Assembly (NCBI GenBank): GCA_028534125.1
Contig: CM052817.1
Location: 99,698,001-99,762,000, forward strand
Reading direction: 5' to 3'
Length of the DNA stretch: 64,000 nt
Source of the DNA: Lama glama
Lineage: Eukaryota
Shown: positions 1 to 12,691 of the stretch, piece after piece
How the letters are laid out: each line of letters opens with the position of its first letter
Position numbering within the stretch: the first letter of the stretch is position 1
Notes under the pieces: generated by a model
The model's input: the letters and a program-made list of their open reading frames with translations, nothing else
Databases searched by the model: none
What the model was told of the DNA's origin: nothing
Made by a program: the position numbers and the translations under genes

Positions 1-183
1 ATGAATAATTCCCTTTCAAAAGATGCACAAGTGGGGGGAGGGCTATAAGTTATTTGTGCAAGGTCACAGCACAATCAAGTATAAAAGAGCAACAGCAACC
101 TATGTATCCTAAGGTAACCTCACGTTAACAAAATCCACGATAGCCTGGTGGTAGGAGAGAGAAACAAGACCAAGTTAGAATCT

Positions 184-660
184 TTATCAGTCAGGACTTG
201 CATTTGGCTGCTAGTTACAAAGACCTAAGATAACAGTGGCTGAAATAAGATAGGATTTTTCTCCAATAAAGGAGGAGGCAGGCAATCAAAAACTCATACG
301 ATGACTATATCCCATCCACTGAGATTCCATCCACTTTCCTGCTCCACCATTCTCAGTGCATGGCTTCCAACCTCAGGTTAACCTCATGACGCAAGTTGGT
401 TGCCGTGAGATACACACCAGTGTTCCTGGTAGGAGGGGGAAGGAAGGTGATGAGGGCAAAGGGATAGTCTGTGCAGTTAAGTACCCTTTGAAGAAATTTC
501 CTAGAAATGCTGCTCAACAACTTTTACTTGCATCTCATTAGCAGGCTAGGTGAAGCAGTTTCCTAGGCGGGTAGGGACATTGCCACATTCAGCAGTGCCG
601 TTTCACTGACTAAGGAAGACAGGAATGAGTGTTGGGTAGGCAACTACAAGTCTGCCACTA
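184..660 (-). mobile_element. Old MaLR LTR (MLT1J/K/L-like)
   Basis: Ends TATCAGTCAGGA...TTGGCTGCTAGTTACA and GGTAGGCAACT...TCTGCCAC resemble reverse-complement MLT1 termini. Confidence 0.6.
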
Positions 661-669
661 GTGGCTGCC

Positions 670-850
670 TAGGTACATGGCCCTGGGTAGATTATTCCCC
701 TCTCTAGGCCTCAGATTTCTCATCTGTAAAATTGAAGGAAATCATCACATTTACCTCATGAGATTGCTATGAGGACTAAGTGAGAAAAATGCATGGAAAA
801 CAATTAGAATGCTACCGTGGGACCCAGGGCACAATAAATATTAACTCATT
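670..850 (+). mobile_element. MIR SINE
   Basis: Core GCCTCAGATTTCTCATCTGTAAAATTG...ACCTCATGAGATTGCTATGAGGACTAAGTGAG. Confidence 0.8.
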
Positions 851-1234
851 GTTATTGTTTGATGATCCCTGTCCAGTGCTTTTCCAAATTCTTCTCAGAC
901 ACTACTTCCTCTCCATTTCTAAAATTGGAAGGGAATTCATATTAGTACATGTTGATACTCTAGTGTGATTTGAGTTTTCATCAAAGGTCACCTCGAGCAG
1001 GATATGCATTTCATGCCCTTCCTTTCTAATTATGAAGAAAGTATGTGCCAGACTCAGCACACATCAGATATTCTGGACAGAATTAGGGTCGAGGAATTGA
1101 GCTTACATTCCCCAAAAGACAGAGTCTAAAAACAATCCCAGTGTAGATGTCTGGAGAGCCTGAAGAAACTAAGGTGAAAGTAAAAATCATCATCATCATC
1201 ATCATCTTTCGTGTATAGAAGAAAATAAAAAAAT

Positions 1235-1830
1235 GTATGTAGATATACTATCCTCAAGAAGGTGGATCATAATTCCTCCCTTCTTAAGTGTGGGCTCCAC
1301 ATAGTCCCGTCCTTCACTTCCTGTGGTATGGAAGTGGGGGAGGTGTGCAGGGAGTCACCTGGAAGTAGAGAAACCTGCCAGACACACCTCGGCTAGGTGA
1401 GCAAGGTCAACATCAACAGTGATGAATGATGTTCCTGCTGTATACACTTAACATGTGGTAAAAATGGTACCTTACCTCCCAAACACCCATCACTCCAGCC
1501 TAAACATGAGGAAAACATCAGACAAATCCCCAAAGAATGACCCTCTACAAACTATCTGGTCAGTACTCCTCGGCGAGGTCAAGGCCCTCGAGAATAAGGA
1601 AAATGTGAGAAACCATCCCAGCCAAGAGGAGCCTGAGGAGACAGGACATCTACACGCAATGTGGTGCCCTGCATAGGGTCCTGCAAAGTAAGAAGATGAA
1701 TTAGGTACAAACTCTGGTGATCTTAATGATAGGGGAATCTGAACGTGGGGTAGACGGGAAACACTGTACTATCGTCACATTTTTTCTGTACATCTAAAAC
1801 TATCCTAAAAAACAAACTTTATTTTGAAAT
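1235..1830 (+). mobile_element. Old L1 3'-UTR fragment (L1MC/L1MD-like)
   Basis: Motifs CTTAAGTGTGGGCT, GAGAAACCTG, AAGGTCAACATCAACAGTGAT, GAAAACATCAGACAAATCCC; A-rich end. Confidence 0.7.
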
Positions 1831-3054
1831 AGAAAACAATGGTTTACTGCCTGTGCACCTCTTCCCCTCTAGGCACCCATCCCCACCCAAAGGCAAGCTT
1901 GGAGCCCCTACGGCTGCTGGGGGACAGGAACCGATGTTCTACCTTCATATAAACAAGGAGCCAGCCTCCTTCCTCTCCAGCCTTAACCCTTTCCCATGAT
2001 CTGCAGCTACTAAACATATATTTACCTCTTGAATTTACTTGATAGCATTTTCCTCGTACCTCTGTTCACGTTCAGTATTATAAATCCCCTCAGAACATGT
2101 CCCATGCCTCCCACATTTAAAGTGGGGTATCATCACTTTATCAGTGGAGTGCCTACCTTGAAAGGCAGGTCCTTGCAGGGCAACTTAACCTAATGTGACT
2201 GCCCTCTCCGGGTGAGGCAATGTCTTGAGCTTGACACCTTTGGCTTTTTCCTACCAATACAGTACTTCATAAGGGGCCTGGAGAACTCCCCCTAGATCTG
2301 ACCTACACATTGGCAAACTTCTGTAAGCCAAGTTAGAAGTTATTTTTCCTCTCATCTCTTAGAATCATAAAATGTAAAGTTGGAAGTCTCATCCTTTCCA
2401 TTAATAAGGCAAAAACTAAGGCCCAGAAAGATGTGGTAAACTGCTAGTTGCTGGAGGACAAAGCTAACTGAGAGAGACCCAACTGTTTAGAGGATTAGAC
2501 TTTAAGTACCATTGAATGGAAAGCTGAAATGATCTGAGGGAAAACAGAATCGCCCCCAGAATGTAAGATGCCAATGCAGTTATAGAAGCACTGGATGAAT
2601 AGTGTCAAAGTTAAAAAAAAAAAGTAAAAAAATAAAGGGATGCACCCTGGTTAAAAATAGGATGTAGGACCATCAACTTACATTTGATTTGCTGAAACCA
2701 CTGTGAGCACAACTGCTTATGTTACTAGAATGAGGTTTTCATTTGTGATGTTGAATAAAAGATAAACACCATGACAAGCCATGTTAAAACTGTCTGTGTG
2801 GTGCAAGGAATGTCAAATGAAGAACTAGTCTCAGTCTTTGGGGGTCTTGTAAGATTGACAGATTTCAGAAAAATGCATGAACTCCAAAGCAAAGCAACTA
2901 CATTTGATTAGAAATGGTAAAGCAGTTTTACCCCCCTTTTCTTTGCCAACCTGAAATCCCATAACTGTTCCCAAATAGAGAAAAATGTAGACTCAACCAA
3001 GGGTCAGATAATTTAACAATAACAAAAATACACATACATAAATGCTAATTACTT

Positions 3055-3255
3055 TATAGGTAGTATTTACTACATGCCTAGCCATGTTCTAAAGGTATTA
3101 CATATACTAATTCACTTAATGCTCAAACCCTAGGCAATAGGTTTTATTAATATTCCCATTTTACAAATAAAGAATGGATGCACAGAGAGGTTAGGTAACT
3201 TGTCTCAGGTCACACAGTAACAGGTGAATCAAGACAGTCTGGTTCTCTCATGCTA
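3055..3255 (-). mobile_element. MIR SINE
   Basis: CCCATTTTACAAATAAAGAA...CACAGAGAGGTTAGGTAACTTGTCTCAGGTCACACAG. Confidence 0.8.
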
Positions 3256-3984
3256 AACTCCATTTGATAGTCATCATGGACTACTTCACATTATTATTTA
3301 TTTCTTTAAAGTATATTTGTCTTATCTTTCCTAATTATACGACATGTTCTTTAAAAGCAGGGAACCAATTTGATGTATTTCCTTGTATTCCCTGTATTTT
3401 CTACACCATTTTGCATGCATCATGTTATTATGTTAGTTATCACGAGGCAGGTCTTAAAGAACTCGGTCAGTGCAGGATTTTTAAACAATATGTACATATG
3501 TCCACAATTTCTATTGGACTTAACTTTCTCAAAATAGATAAACTTTGTAATCCTAATAACAAAAAACTGTAAGATGGTGGCCCAGAAAAAATTAATGCAG
3601 TTTTCAAAACTATACAACTTATAACACAGAGCCACAAACTCTGGGCCATATGACCAAGAAACTATAGTTTATGACTTGAAACACCCAATAGAAATAACAG
3701 AGGTGCAGCTATATCTGTCTGCGTTACTTTAGATTACGTCTTTTAACACTTCTGAGTCTCACTTTACTCTTTGAAATGGGGATAATAAAAATGTACCCTC
3801 TTCCCTCTCAGGTTGATGTAACAATCAAGTCCCATGAGGCTGTGAAAGCCCTTCCTATAGTAGAAAAGCACCAGATGAACATAAAGCATTTCTAAAATGT
3901 AACAAGCACCAAGCGGGTACAAATGAGTGGCACATTCGCAGCAACTAACTTTTATCAGTAGCCAGAGGGACAGCTTGGAAAAAC

Positions 3985-4165
3985 ATGGCTTTTCAGGCCA
4001 CGCAGACCTGGATTCAATCCCCAACCTGCCATTTACTAGCTGAGGGATCTGGGGCAAGTGGCTTAAATATTCCTGAGCCTCACTCTTTTCAATTATAAAA
4101 TAGAGAAAATAATGCCTCCCTCATAGGGGATCACATGTAAGAAGTACCTAATTCATAGGGAACAC
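3985..4165 (+). mobile_element. MIR SINE
   Basis: CAGACCTGGATTCAATCCC...CATTTACTAGCTG...GGGCAAGTGGCTTAA...CTGAGCCTCA. Confidence 0.75.
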
Positions 4166-4464
4166 AATGAATTTTATTCTGTGACCTCAGACTTGCAATA
4201 TCAGTCATTTCCCTTGAAATATATTGGAGAAGTTATACCTGTCCTTCCAGAGTTTACCATAAAGACATCAACAGGTAGAAAGAATAAATGTATTTAGTAT
4301 TTATTAAACCCTATGAAATGCCTACCACTCTTCCAGGTGACTAAGGGAGCCCTAGAATTTTGTATTCCCTGCCCTTTGGAGAAACAATATAAAAATGCTG
4401 CATGTCAGTCATAGGTTCTCAAACTCATTTGAGAATCCGAGGAAAGCGACGGCACCTCTCCTCA

Positions 4465-5165
4465 AAGAAAGCTACAAAACTTTTAGGAGACAGCACAGAA
4501 GATATAGGAGAATATCTTCATGCCCATGGGGTAGGAAATGTCTTCTTAACCAAGGGGGACAGTGAGGGGAAAAGTCACACTAACTATAAAGAAAAAGATT
4601 CATAAATATACCTATATTAAAATTAAGAATTTCCACATCAAAAGAAACCATAAACAAAATTTTTAAAATAAACCACAGAGTGGAAGATTTTGCAACACAT
4701 GCAACCAATGAAAGCTGGGATTCCTGTGCAAATAAAGAGCAACAAAATCAATAAAAAATGATAAGCAAAAGTGGGATATATTCATACAATGAAAAGAAAC
4801 TTTAGCTGCATATAACAATATGGATAAATCTTACAAACTTAATGTTGAGCAAAAAAAGCAGGACACTAAAGACTATATACAGAATGATTCCATGCATATG
4901 AAGTTGTAAAATATGTAAGGCTAAATAATATTGTATAGGGATACACATACGTATGCATATGCATACAGGTAAAACTGCACGGGTAAAATTGTGCATAAAA
5001 GCAAGGGGAAAAAAAGTGATTCCCTCATGGGGAAGGAAGAAGCCACGCCTGGGAGGGACTGAAGTTTACTTCTGTGAAAATGATAATATTCTACTGCTCA
5101 GCTTGGGCACAAGTTACATGAGTTTTATTTCATAATGTACAGGTTTTATACGCTCTCCTGAATGT
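4465..5165 (+). mobile_element. Degraded L1 (L1ME-like) ORF2 end / 3'-UTR
   Basis: AAAACTTTTAGGAGACAGCACAGAAGATATAGGAGAATATCTTCATG; ATGGATAAATCTTACAAACTTAATGTTGAGCAAAAAAAGC. Confidence 0.7.
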
Positions 5166-7352
5166 ACACTGCAAAATTAATCAATGCATTTCCACAAACA
5201 CACCTCAATTTAGCAGGGAGAGGACTTCACAAACTCCCTCGGGTCCATAAACCCTAAGTTTATGGTGTCAAGCTATGTGAGATCAAAGAAAAAGAAAATC
5301 TTCAGGTTATGAAGTGGTGGAGGAAGGAGGGAGCAGATGAGAACAGGAAACGTGAAAGATTAGAAAGATGTTAAAAAGAAGAAACATTAAGCCTCTGGGT
5401 CAGTTCATACTCTCTCACTTGGAGAGAGAACGTCTAGCTTGAACATAACTAACAAATGCCCAAGCTTGGTAAGGAATGCGATGGAGTCTGAAAAACACGG
5501 GAACTAATGAGGGGAAAGAGGAGCACAGCCAGCAAAGAAATGTAAACTATTAAATACTGTATCTCAAAAGAAAGAAGACCAACAGCGGCAAGTTTAACCC
5601 TCTGCCCACTCCATAAGATCTCCGTCCCTCACCACTTAACGGAGACAGGGTATATTAAACGGTCAGAGACTGCGAACATCAATTTCTGTGTGAAAAAGTA
5701 TACTATGTCATGTTTCAGCAAAATATTATCACGGAGCCTGGAAAAGCTTCTGCTAGCGTGGGGAATTAAGGAACTGGTGAAAACAAGTTACAAAATGCCA
5801 TTTCCACCAGCCTTGGAATAAATACACATATTGCAACTAAATGTTAAGTATATATCTGGATCATATCTAGTCTGACCTCTGGTAGACTTCTTCACAGTAC
5901 AGTCCCTTGCAAAAGAGAGTGAAGCTTTTTGCTGCAGGTAATAGGAGACCAAGGTATGTTTAAATCAGTAATTCAATGAAGGAACATCTTTGTAAAGTTT
6001 TTTCATTGTATTCTTGCAAGAAATACTTACTCATGTCTACAAATAAATATGAGAGATTTATTTCATTAGGTCTTGGTTTACACTGAACAAATTTCATTGG
6101 TCTTGCCTTATGTGGAACAAAACTATCAAATTATCTTCAAAACAGTTGGTGTTCTTGTGGATAGTCAAATGCTTATTTTGATGGAAAGAGTAATGGGCAA
6201 AAGGCATTATTTTTAAAACTGCAAGACCTTACCAAGAGCATCAAATTGACTATTTTTTTCATGTTGCATTCAAACTCTTTCCTTTCATTCCATTTTCTAC
6301 CCTCCATTGGTTCCCAACAGACCTATTGTCTTTAAATTCTCCAACTTTTTCTTAGGTTAAGGGAGCCACAGAGAAAAGATTGTCCCTGGCTTGATAAATC
6401 GTTCGCTATTCTCCACTTTCTAAAGCGGTGTTAATAAATGTTCACATCTGAATCTGTCTCACTTCTCTATCGCCCTTTTGTTTGTCATCTCCGTAGGTTT
6501 GTTCTTCCCTCTTGTTTTCAATAACTGGCTTATCCAGTTGGAACCAAAGGCTGAAGAATTTCCTCTCTACTATGTTTAATTGAAAAGCTGCCCCGGAAAG
6601 AAGGAAGGGGTGTGGATTTACACTTATTCACTCTTCCCCTTATGTGCCAAACTATTGATCCGTGCCGCCTTTGTGCACCCCAAAGCACAAGATCATTAAA
6701 GTAGTTATAGGCCCAGAAATGATTCTCAGTCCAAAGGATGCGCCTTTTGGAATGAGATATTCTGGACCGGGGGTTGGGGGTGGGGTGGTGAGGTTGCCCA
6801 CAAAATGACACTAAAGCAAGTCCTATAGAAAACTGGTGAGCTCAGGCGATGGGGGGTTGGGAGGACTGTCGCAGGTCCGAAGTCCAAGAGGCACCGAACC
6901 CCGGCTGGACAATCAGCACGTGGTTCGACCTGGTTGCGAGAGCGCAGGCCGACCTATCGGGAGGGGGTATTCACCAGCCAGATGGCCAGACCCAGCGAAC
7001 TCTCCACCGGCCTCTGACTCATCCAGAGATAAGTAACCACCCTGGCCACAAGTTCCAAGCCAGCAGCTCTTGGATTTAGTTTCCACGGAAAACGTGTAGT
7101 TTAGGCTCCAGGGTCACTAGCGGATAGAGACAGGTTTGAATTTCTTCGGGCTTGGCCCGAAAGTGAGGATGAGGATGGAAAAGCCACTCTCTCTCCCTCT
7201 TCGCCTCTGAGAATTGAAGGTGCGGGTCCCCTACGGGCCGGTGAGGGAGCCGCTGGCGTCCGGGGCAGGATCTGCGCGGCTCCGGGGCGCCCACCCCTGG
7301 GTCCCCGGGTCCCCGGCCCCCCCGACGCCCTCGCGCTGCCCGCGCCCCTCAC

Positions 7353-7464
7353 CTGCGGCCGAGTGGCCCGAGAGCGCACGGCCCCGGGCGCGGCGCGGGC
7401 CCCCGAGCTCGCGGCGCTCGCGCAGCTCTTCGTCCTCGTCCTCCCGCCGCCGGCCCTCAGCCAT
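7353..7464 (-). CDS. SH3D19: First coding exon of SH3 domain-containing protein 19 (long isoform); MAEGRRREDEDEELRERRELGGPRRARGRALSGHSAA + 1 nt
   Basis: ATG at 7464-7462 (GCCCATGG) inside a CpG island; canonical donor GCAG|GTGAG at 7353/7352; 112 nt = 37 codons + 1. Peptide matches my recollection of the human SH3D19 long-isoform N-terminus (MAEGRRREDEEEELRERRELGGQRRARGRALSGHSAAD...). Downstream exons lie off the left edge. Confidence 0.85.
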
Positions 7465-7553
7465 GGGCGAGCTGCGGGCTCCGGCGCGCCGTCCGCCAGC
7501 ACCGCTGTCCCGCGCCAGCAGCCTCCGGGCCTGGACCGCGGCCCCGGGGAGGC

Positions 7554-7556
<3 letters not shown>

Positions 7557-7591
<35 letters not shown>
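7557..7591 (-). repeat. (GGC)11 / (CCG)11 trinucleotide repeat in the presumed 5'-UTR
   Basis: Eleven uninterrupted GGC units at 7557-7589 plus GG, ~93 nt upstream of the ATG. Confidence 0.95.
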
Positions 7592-8161
7592 AAGCGGCTA
7601 CCTCCGCGGCTCCACCTGCAGCCCGCGGGGGAGCGGCGGGGCGCGGGCCGAGCCGGTCTCCCCGCCTCCTCGCGCGCCCCGGCGGCCGCCTTCTCCCCGC
7701 TCTCCCTCTCCCACTGTCTCCCCCTTCCTCTTCCCCTTCCCCTTCCCCGCCCCGCGGATTCGGAGCCAGGGATCGGGCGGGCTCCGGCCGGGCCGCGCCT
7801 CCTCGGGGAGGGGTTACCGGCCTCTGGGGCCGCCCCGCAGCCGCACACGCTGGAACCACCCGCTCCACCGAAACAAACGTGTACAAGATAAATAAACGGG
7901 ATAGGAAGGGGGGAAAGAGGAGGCGGCCTGGCCTCTTCCTGCCCTTTCACATTATTCCGGTGTCAACAGGAAACCCATTTGCTTGACACTTAAACAAAAG
8001 GAGGAGGAGGAGGAACCTGCCTGTAGCCGGACTTGGGGAGATGGGGCAGCTGGGAGCCGCTGAACTTGGGAACAAACTTGGCTTGGAGTTTGGTGGCGCT
8101 TCAGCGTAAATCACAGGCTTTTTTCTTTCTCCCTCTTCTCACCCTTTTAAGTCGAGCCTCT

Positions 8162-8488
8162 GGGCAGAGCGCAAAGAATTTTTAGGGCAGTGACACTTCT
8201 CTGTATGACACTATAATTGTGGAGACATGTCGTTAAACGTTTGTCCAAACCTATAGAATATACAACAGGAAGAGTGAACCCTAATGTAAACTTACTGTAA
8301 CTCTGGGCGATTATGATGTTTCCATGTAAATTCATCAGTTGTAACAAAGGTGGGGATGTTGATAATAGGGGAGGCTGGGCATGTGCGGGGGCAGGGAAAT
8401 ATGAAAAATCTCAATCTTCACTTGAATTTTGCTGTGAACCTGAAACTGCTCCAAAATACAAAGTCTAATTAAAAAAATATTTTTTTTT
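8162..8488 (+). mobile_element. 5'-truncated L1MC1-like 3' end with target-site duplication
   Basis: GAGTGAACCCTAATGTAAACT, GGGGATGTTGATAATAGGGGAGGCT, TGCTGTGAACCTGAAACTGCTC; flanked by AAGTCGAGCCTCT (8149-8161) / AAATCGAGCCTCT (8489-8501). Confidence 0.85.
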
Positions 8489-9649
8489 AAATCGAGCCTC
8501 TCTGTATTCTAGTTGGTTTAGGGTTAGGAAATGGCCACCAACCCTAGAATAAGATGTATTTAAGTGTCCAGTACCTGATTATTTGTAGACAGGCGATTTG
8601 GTGAAGTGCCAAAGCACTGGCTCTGGAACCAGAACCTGTCATTTAAAGCACTTAGCTAAAGCTGAAAGGACTAGGGTAAGAGGGTTGTGATGCCTATCTG
8701 TATAGTACACACCTTAGGTTCCGCACTTGCTCATACACACGTTCACGCAGAGAAGGGCAGATTCCGAAATCTCAGAGAAAGGTATCCAAGCAGCAGGCAG
8801 AGACATTGCCTGGACATGAAGCCGTAGGAAACTCCCTGGTGGAATGAACAGGCCTTTATCTTCAGCCTCTTGCTCTATTTTTGAGAGCTTGTGAAGGCTC
8901 CTAATGTTCAGCATGTAAAAGAGAAAAAGAAAGGGAGAAAGGGGTCACTCAAAATAGAACCGCCTGCCATCCCTGCGAGCGGTCTCTTTGCCTTTTTGAT
9001 AGCGGTTGTTGCGCCAGAGAAAATCTTTCTGCTTTTAGGTAGATAAGAGCTACCGTCGATTTTGTGGAATTGAGGTCAAATTCACAAGTGAAACCTTATT
9101 ACTGCATAAGCAGTTAAATAAGCGGACATCTGGAGAACTTGAAGTTAAACTGGAAAGAAAAAAGGTTCTGAAACTTCCGGGTCATTTTAAGCGTATTTGT
9201 CACTTATCTTTAAGTGAAAGCATATTTGTTACTTACCTTAGAGGATGAGGAATCATTTGGAAGCCCCCACCCTGCTAGCCACACAACTTCACAAAGCTGT
9301 TGGGGGTCAACCTCCACTATTCAGATTCTCAGTTTGAAAAGGGTGAAAAGTGTTCCAGACCTCCCATCTGATCCGACCTTTAGGAACTCACACCCTTCAT
9401 TTGAGGTGTAGACTCAAACTCAGTTTCCGTTCAACAAACACTTATGTAACTGTTTACAACAAATACCATACTAAGTACTGCTGAAGATTCAAAAGAAGGA
9501 AAGAAATATTTACTCTGGGTAAATGGTAGGTGTTTTCACATAATTTTCTCATTTTAAATGGACAAAACATATTTCCTGTCCTCTAGTGAAAAAGGAGTAT
9601 CTATCCAGTTTACCACAACGCAAGGCAAACTTTAGTAACTTCTATAATA

Positions 9650-10933
9650 AAGACAGACAAGAGTGCCAAGATAATTCAATGGAGAAAGATTTGTCTTTCC
9701 AAGTAGATATTCACATCCAAAAGAAAGAATTTGAACTGCTACTTTATGTCATATAAAAGAGTAACTCAAAATGGATCACAACTCTAAGTGTAAGAGCTAG
9801 AACTATAAAGCTCTTCAAAGAAAACTTCAAAGTAAATTAAGTTAAAAAGATTTAATCCTTAAATAGAATTAAACTATTGTGACCTTGTGTTAGGCAATAA
9901 TTTCTTAGAGACCAAAACGTATAAGCGACAAAAGAAAAAATAAATTGGACCTCGCCAAAATTAAAAACTTTTGTATTTCACAGGACATCATCAAAAAGGT
10001 AAAAAGACAATCATCAAAATGTGAGAAAATATTTGTAAATCATATATCTGATAAGAGATATTCTGAATGTATAAAGAACTTACAACTCAACAAGAAAAAA
10101 TTAGCCCAGTTTTTAAAATGATGTTCTCCAAAGAAGATATACAAATCGCCAATAGGAACATGAAAAGATGTTCAACATTATTAGTCATTAGAAACAAGTA
10201 AATTAAAACCTCAGTGAGATACCACTTAACATGTGCCAGGATGGCTAAGATAAAAAAGATAGATGATCATAAGTATTGATAAGGATTTGGAGAAAATTCA
10301 ACCCTCATACATGGCTGGTGGGAATGTAAAATGGTGCAACCACTTTGGAAAACAGTTTGGCACTTCCTTAAAAAGTTAAACACAGAGTTACCATATAACA
10401 CAGCAATTCTACTCATAGGTATATACCCAAGAGAAATGAAAACATGTCCACACAAAAACTTGTACATGAATGCTATGACTGACATTATTTATAATAGTCA
10501 AAAAGTAGATATAACCAAATATTCATCAGTTGGTGAATGGATAATCAAAATATGACCTATGCACACAATGGAATATTATTTAGCCATAAAAGTGAATGAA
10601 GTACTGATACATGCTACAACGTGGATGAACCTTGAAAACATTACACTACATTTAAAAAGCCAGAGACAAAAGACTGCTATGATGTCTGATCCTGTTTATA
10701 TGAAATGTCCATAACAGGTTAATCTATGGAGACAGGACATAGACTAGGGGTAGTTCTGGGCAGAGGAGAATGGGGAGTTACAATTAATAGGTTATAACAT
10801 TTCTCTTTGAGGTGAAGAAAATATTATAAATCAGATATTGGTGATGGTTGTACAACTCTGAATATATTAAAGGATGAATTTTATGGTGTGTAATTGTGTA
10901 TCAATAAAGCAGTTTTTTTAAAAAAAAAAAAAA
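9650..10933 (+). mobile_element. 5'-truncated L1 (L1MB-like): ORF2 C-terminus, 3'-UTR and poly(A)
   Basis: Frame 10331-10555 ([21 protein letters not shown]) is the L1 ORF2 C-terminus; AATAAA and A-tail at ~10903-10933. Confidence 0.9.
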
Positions 10934-11846
10934 CTATAACCCATTCATCATGAAACCAAGAAAACAAAGGGAGAGGACTGCATTCTGAAGTCATGATACT
11001 GAACTAGAGAAACCAGATAGGAGCAATAACAATTTAATCGTATGAAAGAAAATGAAAGGTGTGGCCAACTAGCAACTAAACAAACGTGTCAAAACACCCT
11101 ACCCAGACAAGTGACACAGCAAGAACCAAACCCATAGAAGGAAAAGGTTAAGAAACTCAGAATGAAAATCCACAGACCAAGAGTAGAACAAGATTTGCCT
11201 TTAAAGCTTCAAGGTATTACAGGGTTTTGGGGGTTTTTGTTTGTTTTTTGTTTGTTTTTTGGTAAGAGGTATTGAAAAATAGCTCCCATTACAAAGGAAA
11301 ATGTTCTTTTCTTCCCACTTCAGATATACAGCCTGAAACAAAATGATGTGAGAATAAAATATGACAAAAAATAAGAATATACATACATAGTGCAGTGCTT
11401 GACAAATTGAAGACAAAATAATATTTATTTAATGACTATGTGCATGCAATTCCTTTTTTTTTCCTACTAAATCACCAGATGGCATGAGTCTCAAATTTTT
11501 CAACTTAAATAATAAGTAACTACCTGGGATTAAAAAATTTATAACTGAAGACCTCAAAATAGAAAAAGCAAGGATAGACAGGAGTGTACAGGGGATTTTG
11601 AAAGTATAATATCTTCAAAGTTCTGTTTCTTAAAATATCTGAACCAAATAGGACAGAATTTTAAGATTTGTTAAAATAGAATGGTGGGTTCATGAGTGTC
11701 TGCTATGTTGTGCTCTTCTCTGTATTGTCTGTGTACTTTTAAATTTTCATTATTTTTTTAAAAAGAAGCAAAAAGCACAGTATAGTAGACTAAAATATCT
11801 ATCGCTTCTGTTTGTCTAGTGCTCTTCACACCAGGGAATTCTCCCT

Positions 11847-12363
11847 GTGGTAGATAGCTTGCAAAAATGTCCCCATTTCTTTATCTTTCCCTCTACCTGC
11901 ACACTTTGTAGTGTAACTTAGCATCTCTTCCAACAAGAGGTTGTTCCCTTCCCCATGAAGTTGGGCTGGCTTTGGGATTTGCTTAAGCCCATAGAATATG
12001 GCAGAATTGAATTCCAAGTCTAGACCTCAAGAGGCCTTTTTTGCTTCATTCAGTTTGTTCTATTGGAAGCCTTCCACCACCATGTACACAAATCAAGGTG
12101 AGACCAGCAGACAATGAGACAATCTTTGAAGGAAAGACCAGTTGTCCCCATTGAGACACGCCCATAGCCAGCCAACCCCCGAATGTGTGAAAGGACCCAG
12201 TCAAGACTGCACAACTGCTTATCTGACCAACAGCTGACTGCAGACACAGAAGTGACCCAGCTAAGACCAAAACTGCTGCCCAGCTGGACTCTGAACTCAT
12301 AAGCAGTAAGAAATGCTTCATGTTTTATGCCCCTGAGGTTTTGTGATTGGTTGTTATGCAGCA
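11847..12363 (+). mobile_element. MaLR LTR (MLT1G/H-like)
   Basis: Starts TGTGGTAGATAGC; GGGCTGGCTTTG..CCCATAGAATATGGCAGAA; ends GTTTTATGCCCCTGAGGTTTTGTG..TTGTTATGCAGCA. Confidence 0.75.
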
Positions 12364-12691
12364 TGTGCTGGCTTTGGATACCTGGGGAATCCATTGCTGA
12401 AACAGAGGTGCAAAAAGTATATCAGAGCATCACACATCTGAAAGGAACAGGAGAGACAGAAATATTGATCAAGGGGAACTGTCGTACCTCTGTGCAGACC
12501 TGACAAAGCCTCTGCTGGTTGGGTGGTGTAAATCGCTGGGCCCTTGAGTCACCACCTTACTTAGTCATTGGCTCAGGCTGCTTGAAAGCTGAGGCAGACA
12601 CTGAAGGAGCTACTGTTGGCTTACAACATTCCTTGTAATTGGGCAGCAAGAGCTTTCTAGAAGGGAGCGGCACACCTCTGTTTCTGCCACA
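12364..12691 (-). mobile_element. ERV-L LTR (LTR16A-like), 3' LTR of the adjacent internal remnant
   Basis: Minus strand begins TGTGGCAGAAACAGAGGTGTGCCGCTC...CTTGCTGCCCA...AGCTCCTTCAGTGTCTGCCTCAGCT, resembling the LTR16A consensus start. Confidence 0.7.

Larger units (their letters stand above)
6860..7900. promoter_or_regulatory. CpG island / promoter and 5'-UTR of the minus-strand gene
   Basis: Very GC- and CpG-dense (core ~7220-7870) against an AT-rich, CpG-depleted background; several GC-box-like motifs; contains the start exon. Confidence 0.93.

Noticed and set aside
6768..6793. G-rich tract GGGGGTTGGGGGTGGGGTGGTGAGG as a G-quadruplex
   Set aside because: Only three runs of at least 3 G; such tracts are common near CpG islands.
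1..7352. Additional exons or the nested PRSS48 gene in intron 1
   Set aside because: No serine-protease motifs or recognisable exon seen; from recalled human synteny these would lie beyond the left edge.
7101..7986. Four long overlapping ORFs (207-261 aa) on both strands
   Set aside because: Low-complexity Ala/Arg/Gly/Pro translations caused by stop-codon scarcity in a CpG island, with non-ATG starts where I checked. Only 7464-7353 has an ATG, a splice donor and a recognisable peptide.
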